A stretch of DNA of 64,000 nucleotides from Candidatus Hadarchaeota archaeon (GCA_964564905.1 CAZMCI010000001.1:7986-71985), one strand, 5' to 3'. Shown: positions 45,496 through 54,353, counted from the stretch's first letter. Numbers and translations are program-made. The notes: generated by a model not told the origin, from the letters alone.

Positions 45496-46932
45496 ATGCA
45501 ACAAAAAGGTGTTACCACAGTTGCAGTTGGGATTGTTGTGGTCGCGATTATCCTTGGGGTGGTGGTTGCTTGGTCCTTGATGGAGAGACCCACAGAAGAA
45601 GGGGGGGAGGTGAGTGAGATAGATTTCGGGGGTGTCACTTCGGCCATCGCGGTCGGACATGATAAGATAGATATCGAATGGACGCCGCTCACACCTGCAG
45701 AAAACTACTTTTATCGGGTTTACATCTCCACGACCTCCGGCGCCCAGAATTTCGATACTCCCGCGTTTTCAACCGCATTCGGGGCCTCATCCTGTCGGCT
45801 TACCGGTCTGGAGGCGGGAACTACCTATTACATCGTGGTTAGGGCTTTTCTCGCTTCCGGAGATTCGGTGGATACGAACACCGTCGAGGCACACACGACC
45901 ACAGAAACAAATGAGGGGTGGGAGGTGGAGCATGTGGATGACTCCGTGGACGATGTGGGTCTTTACACCTGCCTGAAAGTGGACAGCAGTGATAACTGGA
46001 ACATTTTTTACACGAACGCCACCGACAACCAGATCTGGATGGTCGGACCAGAGGCCGCTCCTCCGTATTTCATGCCTAGACCATTCTCCAAGTCAGGCTT
46101 GACCTATCGGCCGTTTGTCGACATTGCAGATGATGATCACTTTGAGCTCGTCTATTACAGCATCTCGGACAATGCTCTCTATTTCGCCGAGCAGACGATC
46201 AAGGACATCGGGGTGAGCGGGACCTACTGCGACACCCAGATCACGAGCGGCGAGGCGGGCCGTCACGCCTCCATGAAAATAGACTCCTCCGGGAACCGGC
46301 TGGTGGCCTTCTACGATTCCGAGAGCGGCGATCTGAAATACGTGGAGATCTCCAGCGACGGGACGGTAGGAACCGTGAGCACCGTGGACTCGGACGGGAA
46401 TGTCGGGCAGTACTGCTCGCTCGCGATCGACCCCTCTACGGACCTTCCGCGGGTGAGCTATTACGACGCCACCAATCAGGACCTAAAATATGCCGTGAAA
46501 ATGGCTGACGGTAGCTGGACGGTCCAAACTATAGACTCCAACGGCGATGTGGGACGTTATTCATCTTTGGCAATCGATTCATCCGGCGCGGCCTACGTGG
46601 CATATCACGATGCATCCGCCAAAAGCTTGAAACTAGCCACAAAAGATGGCGCCGCTTGGACGATAGAGAATATCGACAATGAGGGCAACGTCGGGGAGTA
46701 TTGCTCACTGGCTCTGGATCCTCAGGGAAACCTTGGGATAAGCTATTACGATGCCACCAACGGAGATTTGAAATATGCCAAGGGGAAGTCCGGGCTTTGG
46801 AGTATTCAAACCGTGGTGGCAAACGATGACGTCGGCAGATATTCTTCACTGGGCTTTACCTCAAATGAGAGAGCAGTTATCAGTTATTACGATGCTTCTA
46901 GGGGGGACCTGTGGGTCGCAAGGGAAATTTAG
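45496..46932 (+). CDS. Membrane-anchored surface protein: N-terminal TM helix, fibronectin-III-like domain, then ~6 tandem ~45-aa repeats (G.Y.SLA.D...YYDA...DLKYA), likely a beta-propeller
   Basis: Repeat units: DGNVGQYCSLAIDP...VSYYDATNQDLKYA; NGDVGRYSSLAIDS...VAYHDASAKSLKLA; EGNVGEYCSLALDP...ISYYDATNGDLKYA; NDDVGRYSSLGFTS...ISYYDASRGDLWVA. Confidence 0.5.
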   Translation: MQQKGVTTVAVGIVVVAIILGVVVAWSLMERPTEEGGEVSEIDFGGVTSAIAVGHDKIDIEWTPLTPAENYFYRVYISTTSGAQNFDTPAFSTAFGASSCRLTGLEAGTTYYIVVRAFLASGDSVDTNTVEAHTTTETNEGWEVEHVDDSVDDVGLYTCLKVDSSDNWNIFYTNATDNQIWMVGPEAAPPYFMPRPFSKSGLTYRPFVDIADDDHFELVYYSISDNALYFAEQTIKDIGVSGTYCDTQITSGEAGRHASMKIDSSGNRLVAFYDSESGDLKYVEISSDGTVGTVSTVDSDGNVGQYCSLAIDPSTDLPRVSYYDATNQDLKYAVKMADGSWTVQTIDSNGDVGRYSSLAIDSSGAAYVAYHDASAKSLKLATKDGAAWTIENIDNEGNVGEYCSLALDPQGNLGISYYDATNGDLKYAKGKSGLWSIQTVVANDDVGRYSSLGFTSNERAVISYYDASRGDLWVAREI

Positions 46933-47041
46933 GAGTCCAGAGGTCGGTCGAGCTACATCATAAGGTCTGGGGAGTCGGTTATCTGACCATCGCAATCGCC
47001 TTAAATCAGCCGAACCAATGTAGAAAAGGCTCGGGATCAGG

Positions 47042-47545
47042 ATGAGTGAAGAATTCAAGCATATAGTGAGAATAGCAGGGAAGGACCTATCGGGCGAGAA
47101 GAGGGTTCAGCTAGCGCTCTCTGACCTGAAGGGTGTAAATGTAAATTATGCTAGGGCTGTGGCATATGCTGCAAACGTTGACCCGTTCACGAAGCTGGGA
47201 GAGCTCACAGAAGAGCAGATTCAGCTGGTCGAGAAAATTTTGAAAAATCCCGCTGAGCATGGGATCCCTACCTGGATGCTCAACCGCAGGAAAGATTTTG
47301 AGACGGGGAGAGATCTTCACCTAGTCGGAACGGATGTGGATATCGCCGTGCGTTCTGACATCGGCAGGGAACGACGAATCCGGAGTCGCAGGGGGATCAG
47401 GCACGAGCTTGGACTGCCGGTGCGCGGACAGCGTACCCGTACTACCGGAAGAAAGGGCCTCGTGGTTGGTGTGAAGCGCAAGGAGGTCCGGATTCGAGAG
47501 GAGGCAGCCAAGGCATCCAAGGAAAAAAAGGGGAAGAATGAATGA
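47042..47545 (+). CDS. rps13: Ribosomal protein uS13
   Basis: [20 protein letters not shown]... and [19 protein letters not shown]. Confidence 0.9.
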   Translation: MSEEFKHIVRIAGKDLSGEKRVQLALSDLKGVNVNYARAVAYAANVDPFTKLGELTEEQIQLVEKILKNPAEHGIPTWMLNRRKDFETGRDLHLVGTDVDIAVRSDIGRERRIRSRRGIRHELGLPVRGQRTRTTGRKGLVVGVKRKEVRIREEAAKASKEKKGKNE

Positions 47546-48120
47546 AACGTCAACGTAAAAAGTTTCTCCGACCTTCCCATCCGTGGGAAAAAGAACGGAT
47601 GGATGCCGAAGACAGGATGCTACGCCAGTTTGGACTTTCGCGAAAAAAGGAGATCTGGCGGACGCAGACCCTCCTCAGAAATTTTAGACGACAAGCGAGA
47701 AAGTTGCTCGCCGCCTCTGGACCACAGGCCGAGCGCGAGACCAAGCAGCTTCTTGAGCGGCTCCGGAAGCTTGGGCTCGTCGGCACAGAGGCAACTTTGG
47801 ACGATGTTCTCGGGCTGACCGTTGAGAAACTTCTCGAGAGGCGCCTGCAGACGTTGGTGTGGCGAAAAGGTCTTGCTAGGACTCCAAGACATGCCCGTCA
47901 GCTTGTGGTCCACGGACACGTGACGATAGGTGGCAGAAAGGTGAACGTACCCAGTTATCTGGTCCCGGTAGACGAAGAATCCTCGATCGAGTGCATCGGG
48001 GGTACAAGTCCTCCAGAGGTTCCTCCCGCTCAGGAGCCAGGGCGCGTTTTGGAAGGGACAGGGGAGAGTGCGGGAGAAAGCGCTCAGACAGTTGAGAACA
48101 GATCGGAGGGAGAGGCATGA
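47542..48120 (+). CDS. rps4: Ribosomal protein uS4
   Basis: [24 protein letters not shown]; S4 domain [20 protein letters not shown]. Confidence 0.85.
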   Translation: MKRQRKKFLRPSHPWEKERMDAEDRMLRQFGLSRKKEIWRTQTLLRNFRRQARKLLAASGPQAERETKQLLERLRKLGLVGTEATLDDVLGLTVEKLLERRLQTLVWRKGLARTPRHARQLVVHGHVTIGGRKVNVPSYLVPVDEESSIECIGGTSPPEVPPAQEPGRVLEGTGESAGESAQTVENRSEGEA

Positions 48121-48506
48121 GCGACGGAAAGTGGGGTGTGGCGCACATTTATTCCTCGTTCAACAACACCATCATCCACATAACTGATCTCACGGGGGCG
48201 GAGACGATAGCTCGATGCTCCGGTGGAATGATAGTGAAGGCAGATCGTGAGGAATCCTCTCCATATGCGGCCATGCAGGCGGCCATGCGTGCCGCAGAGG
48301 AGGCCATGGATAAAGGGATTGGCGGTATCCACATAAAAGTTCGAGCTCCGGGCGGAAGTGGGTCCAAAAGTCCAGGTCCTGGAGCGCAGGCAGCGATTCG
48401 GGCCTTGGCCCGCGCAGGGTTAAAAATAGGAAGAATTGAAGATGTCACTCCTATTCCACACGATGGAACGAGGAAACCTGGGGGAAGGCGCGGAAGAAGG
48501 GTATGA
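48117..48506 (+). CDS. rps11: Ribosomal protein uS11
   Basis: [25 protein letters not shown]. Confidence 0.9.
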   Translation: MSDGKWGVAHIYSSFNNTIIHITDLTGAETIARCSGGMIVKADREESSPYAAMQAAMRAAEEAMDKGIGGIHIKVRAPGGSGSKSPGPGAQAAIRALARAGLKIGRIEDVTPIPHDGTRKPGGRRGRRV

Positions 48507-48640
48507 AGTGCTTCCGACTCTCATAGGAGGACTTGTTAAAACACAGATGGAGACGAAGTTAAACGGTCTCAGTGGAGGCTTGCGAAAAAGTTAAAACGAT
48601 TGGGTTCAATCTTATCTGGCAGAATGGTTTTGGGGATTCG

Positions 48641-49426
48641 ATGCAGCTCGAAATTCGAAAAGTGGACGGGCACGAGATGGAGTTCGTACTCTCAGGTTCC
48701 AATCCTGCTTTTGCTAATTCCATCAGACGTGTAGCCATGTGGGAGGTTCCGGTCATGGCGGTGGACGAGGTTGAGTTCAAATCCAATGATTCTGCCATGT
48801 ACGATGAGATCATAGCGCACCGGCTGGCCCTCGTTCCGCTACGTACTCCCACCAAGGGATACAACCTCCCAGAGGAATGCAGCTGTCGCGTGGGGCGATG
48901 TCCTAAATGTTCGGTGGAGCTCACCCTCAAGAAAGAGGGCCCGGCGATGGTCACCACCGGCGATCTAAACTCCTCCGACGATGAAGTGAGACCCGTTAGC
49001 GATTCGATCCCAATAGTTAGGTTGGAGAGAGGGCAGAAGCTGGAGTTAACCGCGATTGCACGTTTGGGAATAGGTAAGAATCACGCGAAGTGGCAACCCG
49101 GGCTTGTGACATATAAGTACATGCCTAGGATCGAGTTTGATGAAAATTGTAACGCTTGTGGAGAATGCGTTAAGGCCTGTCCCAAAGGCATCCTTGAGGT
49201 GGCAGAGGGAAAAATTTTGGTCAGGGACCTCACGCTCTGTAGCCTGTGCAAGGCATGCGTCGAAGCGTGTCCGAACGATGCGGTAAAGGTAAGCGGAGAT
49301 CCCACCAGTTTCGTCTTCCGCGTCGAATCCTCCGGCGCATTCCCCCCCGATCAGCTCATCCTACAGACGATGAGGGTGCTCGAAAAAAAATTCGAAGAGT
49401 TCTCAAAGCTCGCAGGCAGGCTTTGA
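48641..49426 (+). CDS. rpoD: DNA-directed RNA polymerase subunit D (Rpo3) with a ferredoxin-like 4Fe-4S domain
   Basis: MQLEIRKVDGHEMEFVLSG...AFANSIRR start; CNACGECVKACP...CSLCKACVEACP cluster motifs. Confidence 0.85.
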   Translation: MQLEIRKVDGHEMEFVLSGSNPAFANSIRRVAMWEVPVMAVDEVEFKSNDSAMYDEIIAHRLALVPLRTPTKGYNLPEECSCRVGRCPKCSVELTLKKEGPAMVTTGDLNSSDDEVRPVSDSIPIVRLERGQKLELTAIARLGIGKNHAKWQPGLVTYKYMPRIEFDENCNACGECVKACPKGILEVAEGKILVRDLTLCSLCKACVEACPNDAVKVSGDPTSFVFRVESSGAFPPDQLILQTMRVLEKKFEEFSKLAGRL

Positions 49427-49505
49427 TTTGTACCTTTTCTTGATACTCGGGTTTTTCTTCACAGGAACTGGATGTAGCTCACCCAAAAAGCTGGCGTCAC
49501 GGTCT

Positions 49506-50201
49506 TCATCTTACCATGTCGTCGAGTATCAGGTCTTCCCTTCTCGCCCCGATCTTCCTCAGGATGCTTATTGCCCAGTCGATTTTCCCCACGTCCGCAG
49601 GGGAGTGGGCGTCCGAACCCACGCTTAGCTTCACCCCCTCCCGGAGGCACAAGGCCAGAAACTCCTCATCCGGCGCGCGGTATTTCACGTTCACCTCTAC
49701 AGCCATGCCGCGGCGGGCGAGCAGTTTCACAAAGTTCTCTATCTCCTGTCGAGGGAGATATGGAAGTAGGTTCTGATGATAGTGAAATGGATGGCCCAGC
49801 ACGTCGAACTTTCTGTTGGTCACCGCTTTTTTCATTCTTTCTAGGTACTCCCTCGCTGCTTCCCTGGGATCGACAAGCTCTCCGAGCGTGTGGATGCTAA
49901 TTATGCGCAGATCCAGCATTTTCTCGAGTTCTGGTTCTAAATCAACTCTGCCCTCTTGGTCCACCACGTTTACTTCCATACCTTTCAGCACGGGTATTGC
50001 AGCTTGTTCGCGCGCCATCTCGATGTCTCTTAGCATGTGTTTCACTTTTCCGCGCAGGACTCCCACGTGTAGCTCCGGTCCGTGGTCGGTTATGGCTACA
50101 GCCTCCAGCCCGCGGGCCTCCGCTGCCTCCACCATCTCAAGCGGCCCGCTTCTCCCGTCAGAATAGTATGTGTGGGTGTGAAAGTCGAATTTTGGTATCA
50201 T
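49506..50201 (-). CDS. PHP-domain metal-dependent phosphoesterase
   Basis: FDFHTHTYYSDG N-terminal PHP motif; ITDHG; GSDAHS. Confidence 0.6.
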   Translation of the reverse strand: MIPKFDFHTHTYYSDGRSGPLEMVEAAEARGLEAVAITDHGPELHVGVLRGKVKHMLRDIEMAREQAAIPVLKGMEVNVVDQEGRVDLEPELEKMLDLRIISIHTLGELVDPREAAREYLERMKKAVTNRKFDVLGHPFHYHQNLLPYLPRQEIENFVKLLARRGMAVEVNVKYRAPDEEFLALCLREGVKLSVGSDAHSPADVGKIDWAISILRKIGARREDLILDDMVR

Positions 50202-50298
50202 TCAACCAATTAATGAAACTATCCAAAATTGAAAAAGCTAACTGATGAGCGATCTCCATCCTTCTCCATTTTCCACATAGGGTTCGATTCTTGTCAAA

Positions 50299-50414
50299 AG
50301 TTAATGTTGTTAGAAATTGTTAAGATTTTGGTTAGATTTTGTTAGAAATAGTTAGCTTTATAAGACAAGGACTGTCAAATGTGGTTAGAAATGGTTAAAA
50401 ATTGTTAGGAAAGG
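50299..50414. repeat. Iteron-like array: at least 8 tandem degenerate copies of (T/G)GTTAGAAAT at ~11-bp phasing in an AT-rich spacer
   Basis: GTTAGAAAT appears three times exactly (50311, 50341, 50384), plus the variants GTTAAGATT, GGTTAGATT, AGTTAGCTT, GGTTAAAAAT, GTTAGGAAA. GTTA offsets are spaced 9-13 bp. Confidence 0.5.
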
Positions 50415-50469
50415 TGAGATTACGGGAGGGGACAAAGCGAGACTTTACACAGTAGGAGAAGCATGTTCT

Positions 50470-51201
50470 GTGCTTGGTATACACCCGAATACTCTCAGGA
50501 GGTGGGACAAACAGGGAAAGATAAAAGTGGTGCGTCATGGAAGGGGCCATAGAAGGATTCCGGAGGAGGAGATCGCTCGGGTACTTCAGAAATCAGAGGT
50601 CTTTGAAAAGAAATCGACCCTATCAGGTCCAGAAAATTTGAAGGAGGAGCTCAAATCCTCGTTTTTGAGATACGTTTTTTTGTATAATCGGGATGATTGG
50701 GAGCTCGTTAAGCGGGCGGTTCTCATTCGGGACAATTATACGTGTGCGAAATGCGGTGGAAAGGAGCTTTTGGATGTCCATCACAAAGATGGGACTTCCC
50801 GTAACGATCCGGATAACCTCATCACCCTATGTAAAAAGTGTCATGGAGAGGTTCATGGTGAGATTTCGGTACAAAAAAAGCATAAAATTGAAACTAAAAC
50901 TCAAATTAAGCATTTAAATAAAACAAAATTTGAAATAAAGACAAAAACATCCCCGGAAAAGAAAGAAATGCCTCGTACAAGCATTATTGATGGACTTACT
51001 CCATCGGGACTTATGGAGCGGACAGCGTTTGGAGGGCTTCTCTCAGGAGCGATTGCGCTGAAAAATTTTACGGTGGAGGAGCTTGCGAATAGGACCAGAT
51101 GTCCGATACCGGTTGCAAAGAAGTTTTGCGAGCGCATGGAGGCGCGCGGCCACGTGTTGAACAAGGATGGGAAGTACGAAATGGTGGTGAAGGTGATCTA
51201 G
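50470..51201 (+). CDS. MerR/excisionase-type HTH + HNH endonuclease domain protein. The HTH first helix is encoded upstream of the annotated GTG start, but no canonical start codon is in frame.
   Basis: The upstream in-frame translation reads ...LYTVGEACSVLGIHPNTLRRWDKQGKI. HNH motif CAKCGG...DVHHKDG...NLITLCKKCHGEVHG. Confidence 0.55.
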   Translation: MLGIHPNTLRRWDKQGKIKVVRHGRGHRRIPEEEIARVLQKSEVFEKKSTLSGPENLKEELKSSFLRYVFLYNRDDWELVKRAVLIRDNYTCAKCGGKELLDVHHKDGTSRNDPDNLITLCKKCHGEVHGEISVQKKHKIETKTQIKHLNKTKFEIKTKTSPEKKEMPRTSIIDGLTPSGLMERTAFGGLLSGAIALKNFTVEELANRTRCPIPVAKKFCERMEARGHVLNKDGKYEMVVKVI

Positions 51202-52079
51202 TGAGCATTTTTGACGATAAGATAGGTCGGGATAAGGTCTTTGAAGACTACCTCATGCGCTGGGGTCTCCAGCACGACCCGTTTCAGTTGGAGATGTCTT
51301 CCATAGATCTCTTCGTACCTGTTCAAGAGGAGGATCTGAGGAAGCTGAAGTGGGTTCTCACTGGGGGAAAATTAGGAGCTCTGGTGGGAGGACTCGGCAC
51401 CGGAAAAACCACGCTATGCGAGTTTTTGGTGGCTTCTTTGAGGGAGGAGAGCCTGCTTGCCCCGGAAAGCTCGAAACTGATCGTACCAGTGTTCGTCCAT
51501 GGCGCTGCTTACCGGTCCATGGATGATGTGCTACGGGCCATAATGCTTGGTTTAGAGATGGACGCTGGAAAGGACCGCGCAAGCATGTTTGAAGTTCTTC
51601 GCAGGTGGCCGTGGGAACATCCAGAGCGCTTAGCACTTGTGGTCGATGACATCCACGAGAGCCGGGTGAATCCTAGGGACATGGGTGAGTTCCTAAGAGT
51701 TCTTGTGGACATCCCAGAGATAACCATCCTGATAAACGGAGAGCCCAAACGAATGCGCGAGTTCTTAGAGAAGGTCCCCGCGCTCAGGGATCGCATCCAG
51801 GTGCACGTTGAGATAAAGCCAATGAGTCCAGAAAGCTTGAGAAAGATGTTGGATCTACGCCTAAAAAACGCTGGTTGCGAAAACGGAGCCGTATTATTGA
51901 CCGAAAGCGGATTTAAAGCGATTTACAGGTTCAGCAAGGGGGTACCACGCCGGGCGCTCAAGCTTGCAAGCAATGCTCTCCGGTACGCGGCGAGGGTTGA
52001 TACACCCATCACGGATAAAGCAGTGAAAAAGGGAAACGGGATCTCCTTTTTTAGACGCTCGTTTGCGAGATGGATTTAA
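51201..52079 (+). CDS. ExeA-like AAA+ ATPase (AAA_16/AAA_22-type P-loop NTPase), start at GTG 51201
   Basis: YLMRWGLQHDPFQLEMSS...LVGGLGTGKTTL Walker A; LVVDDIHE Walker B; overlaps the HNH gene stop. Confidence 0.6.
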   Translation: MSIFDDKIGRDKVFEDYLMRWGLQHDPFQLEMSSIDLFVPVQEEDLRKLKWVLTGGKLGALVGGLGTGKTTLCEFLVASLREESLLAPESSKLIVPVFVHGAAYRSMDDVLRAIMLGLEMDAGKDRASMFEVLRRWPWEHPERLALVVDDIHESRVNPRDMGEFLRVLVDIPEITILINGEPKRMREFLEKVPALRDRIQVHVEIKPMSPESLRKMLDLRLKNAGCENGAVLLTESGFKAIYRFSKGVPRRALKLASNALRYAARVDTPITDKAVKKGNGISFFRRSFARWI

Positions 52080-52546
52080 TCCTGCGGGGGAAGAGCCCCG
52101 ACAATTATTTATTGGAGTTTCCAAAATATGGAAACGATATCGTGCCGGATAGAAACTCTCTCCAGCCCGAGGAGTGGTTACGAGAAAACCTGCTCGCTCA
52201 CGCACTTCTGGAACGTTCGCACTTGGATGAAAAAACGTTGAAAGCAATGATTTTGCACTCTTGGAGCGAGAATACGAGCTTTGCCGAAATCGCCAAGAGG
52301 CTCAAAATGCAGAAACCAGGAGCATGGAAGCGATGGCAGAGAGGCAGGGACGCGATAATGCGATCATTTTACACCATAGAGCTTGCCATCTACGCCGGAG
52401 TTTTAGATGTTGAAACAGCTGAACTCCTGATAGACGATCTGTTGGACTATACAAGTCTATCGCGCGGTGAAGGAAATGTTGAAGAAATAAGGGACCGCAT
52501 AGAACGCCGAATGATACAGCTCGCCAAGCAGGCCTCTAGGAGATAA
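52070..52546 (+). CDS. Small protein with a sigma-70 region-4-like HTH
   Basis: LDEKTLKAMILHSWSENTSFAEIAKRLKMQKPGAWKRWQRGRDAIMR resembles ECF sigma region 4; overlaps the ATPase stop. Confidence 0.4.
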   Translation: MDLILRGKSPDNYLLEFPKYGNDIVPDRNSLQPEEWLRENLLAHALLERSHLDEKTLKAMILHSWSENTSFAEIAKRLKMQKPGAWKRWQRGRDAIMRSFYTIELAIYAGVLDVETAELLIDDLLDYTSLSRGEGNVEEIRDRIERRMIQLAKQASRR

Positions 52547-52552
52547 GGTCAG

Positions 52553-53176
52553 CTACAGAGATACACGTCTGATTACACCGTTCTTTTCGTCTATTTCAAA
52601 GTCTACGAATGCGGTTGGAGCGTGTTTTTTTAGTATCTTCAGCACTTCCATGGCCATTCTCCTGATCTCCCATTGGGCATCCTGCTGTCCCCTTAGCTCG
52701 ATTATGTGACGCCACTCTCTGAAGTTGGCGGTTACCACCACCTGAGTCTCAACGGCGTTTGGTAGCACGAACCGAGCATCTTCCTTTTTGATCCCCACCT
52801 TTTGGAGTTCGGAATACGCCTTTTTAGCTTCGTCCATGAGCTTTGTGAAAATAAGATGGGCTTGGGGGTGGTTTTTTACAGATTCCGGCTCGATGTAGTT
52901 GAAATCGCTTTCATCCACGTATCTCTGAGATTGCTGGCTAAACGAACATAACCTATGTCTCACAAATTGATGTGTGAACGCTCTCGATACGCCGGAGATC
53001 CTGAACGTCGCATATGCGTGCTCCAAGACAGAAAGATGTCCTCTTTTGATCAGCATTTTGAGGAAAGCTTTTTCAGTGTCCTTCCCCTGTTTGGCAAATG
53101 ACTGGTAACAAGTACGAGCAGCGGATTCTATCAATTTCTCAGCATTCGGCGTGATGAACAACAACTCAACTTTCAT
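52553..53176 (-). CDS. thyX: FAD-dependent thymidylate synthase ThyX
   Basis: ThyX motif RHR in ...SGVSRAFTHQFVRHRLCSFSQQSQRY; 207 aa. Confidence 0.85.
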   Translation of the reverse strand: MKVELLFITPNAEKLIESAARTCYQSFAKQGKDTEKAFLKMLIKRGHLSVLEHAYATFRISGVSRAFTHQFVRHRLCSFSQQSQRYVDESDFNYIEPESVKNHPQAHLIFTKLMDEAKKAYSELQKVGIKKEDARFVLPNAVETQVVVTANFREWRHIIELRGQQDAQWEIRRMAMEVLKILKKHAPTAFVDFEIDEKNGVIRRVSL

Positions 53177-53510
53177 TCTCTCCCTCTCGGAAATATGATA
53201 AGTGCCTTTTCTTAATAATCCTCCCTAAGGAGCCCATCCACAGTGTGGATCACTCCAGCTCTCGTGGGGAGCTTCCTGCTTCAGCGACGGGAGATGCTCA
53301 GCGACCACGGCTTGAACGCCGAGTAGGGAGCCCGTCTCCATAGGCGCCGCTTCGGGCTCTTCCAGTTCCACCATATTCCCACTAAAGTTATTCCACAAGA
53401 CCTGATAGTCCCTGTTAGGGAGTTTGTTTCCAAGTTCCCTTCAGGTTCACCCAGCTCAAAAACCGGACCCAACCAAAACCGAAGGCTACGGGTCGCCTCT
53501 CCGTCTTCCT

Positions 53511-53544
53511 CCCTTTCGGAAAGGGACTTCGGTAAAATTAAAAG
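53511..53544 (+). promoter_or_regulatory. Palindrome CCCTTTCGGAAAGGG followed by CTTCGGTAAAATTAAAAG (BRE/TATA candidate) ~30 nt upstream of minD
   Basis: Paralogous to 22654-22690. Confidence 0.35.
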
Positions 53545-53571
53545 AGCATAAATAGACATCAACGTGTTTGT

Positions 53572-54312
53572 ATGGGGAAAGTTCTCGCATTCGCCTCGGG
53601 AAAGGGTGGTTCGGGAAAAAGCGTGGTCACAGCGAACCTCGGGATAGCATTTGCCAAGTTCGGTAAGAGCACCCTGCTCATGGATGCCGATCTGTCGATG
53701 CCGAATCTCGGCATTCTAACAGGCTTGAAAAGCGCTCCTGTGACCCTCTACGAAGTGCTCGACAAAACCAAACCCTTGGATCAAGCTATCTACAAAGTGT
53801 ACGCTGGAGCGGACATCATGCCCTGTGGGACATCATTGGAAGCCTTTTTGAAAGCCGACATCCGCAGGCTGAAAAACGTGGTGGAGAAAGTGAAGGAAAG
53901 GTACGAATATGTTTTAATCGACACGGCCTCCGGACTCAACAAGTACACCCTAGGCGGGTTAAAGGTGGCTGATGAGGTTGTGTGGGTGGTAAACTTGGAC
54001 GAACCTTCCCTCGCCGACACCCACAGGCTGAAAACAGCTGCAGAACTATTCGGACTAAAAACTAAAGGCATGATAGTAAACCGGGTAACTTCCCTTTCTT
54101 GGATAGAGCGAAAAAAGATACCCGCCCCCAAGCGAAACGAGTTGGAGACGAGACTTGGAGCAAAAATTTTGGGTGTAATCCCCGAAAGCAGGGAGGTTTA
54201 CAAGGCCACATTGCTTCAAAAGCCGGTACTGGAGTACGTCTCAAAGGGGAAAATCATGAAAGCCTTTAGGGAGTGTGCGAGAAATCTGTTGCTGGAAAAT
54301 ATGAACCAATAA
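53572..54312 (+). CDS. minD: MinD/ParA-family ATPase (archaeal MinD-like)
   Basis: Deviant Walker A ASGKGGSGKS; 246 aa. Confidence 0.8.
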   Translation: MGKVLAFASGKGGSGKSVVTANLGIAFAKFGKSTLLMDADLSMPNLGILTGLKSAPVTLYEVLDKTKPLDQAIYKVYAGADIMPCGTSLEAFLKADIRRLKNVVEKVKERYEYVLIDTASGLNKYTLGGLKVADEVVWVVNLDEPSLADTHRLKTAAELFGLKTKGMIVNRVTSLSWIERKKIPAPKRNELETRLGAKILGVIPESREVYKATLLQKPVLEYVSKGKIMKAFRECARNLLLENMNQ

Positions 54313-54353
54313 AAAGAATCGATGAAGAATCCCTGCCGTCTTGTGCCTAACCT

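Noticed and set aside
50299-50414. Iteron array as a CRISPR array
   Set aside because: Repeat units are only 9-10 bp, there are no unique spacers of 30-40 bp, and there is no cas gene nearby.
53281-53562. 93-aa minus-strand ORF in the thyX-minD intergenic region
   Set aside because: Low-complexity translation with no start context. It lies on sequence that is conserved as a non-coding regulatory block in the paralogous region at 22.5 kb.
53177-53571. Assignment of this segment as SRP RNA or RNase P RNA
   Set aside because: I could not find the universally conserved helix-8 (GGAA/AGCA) or P4 (AGGAAAGUCCGG) motifs by eye. It is kept only as a candidate structured region needing a covariance-model scan.
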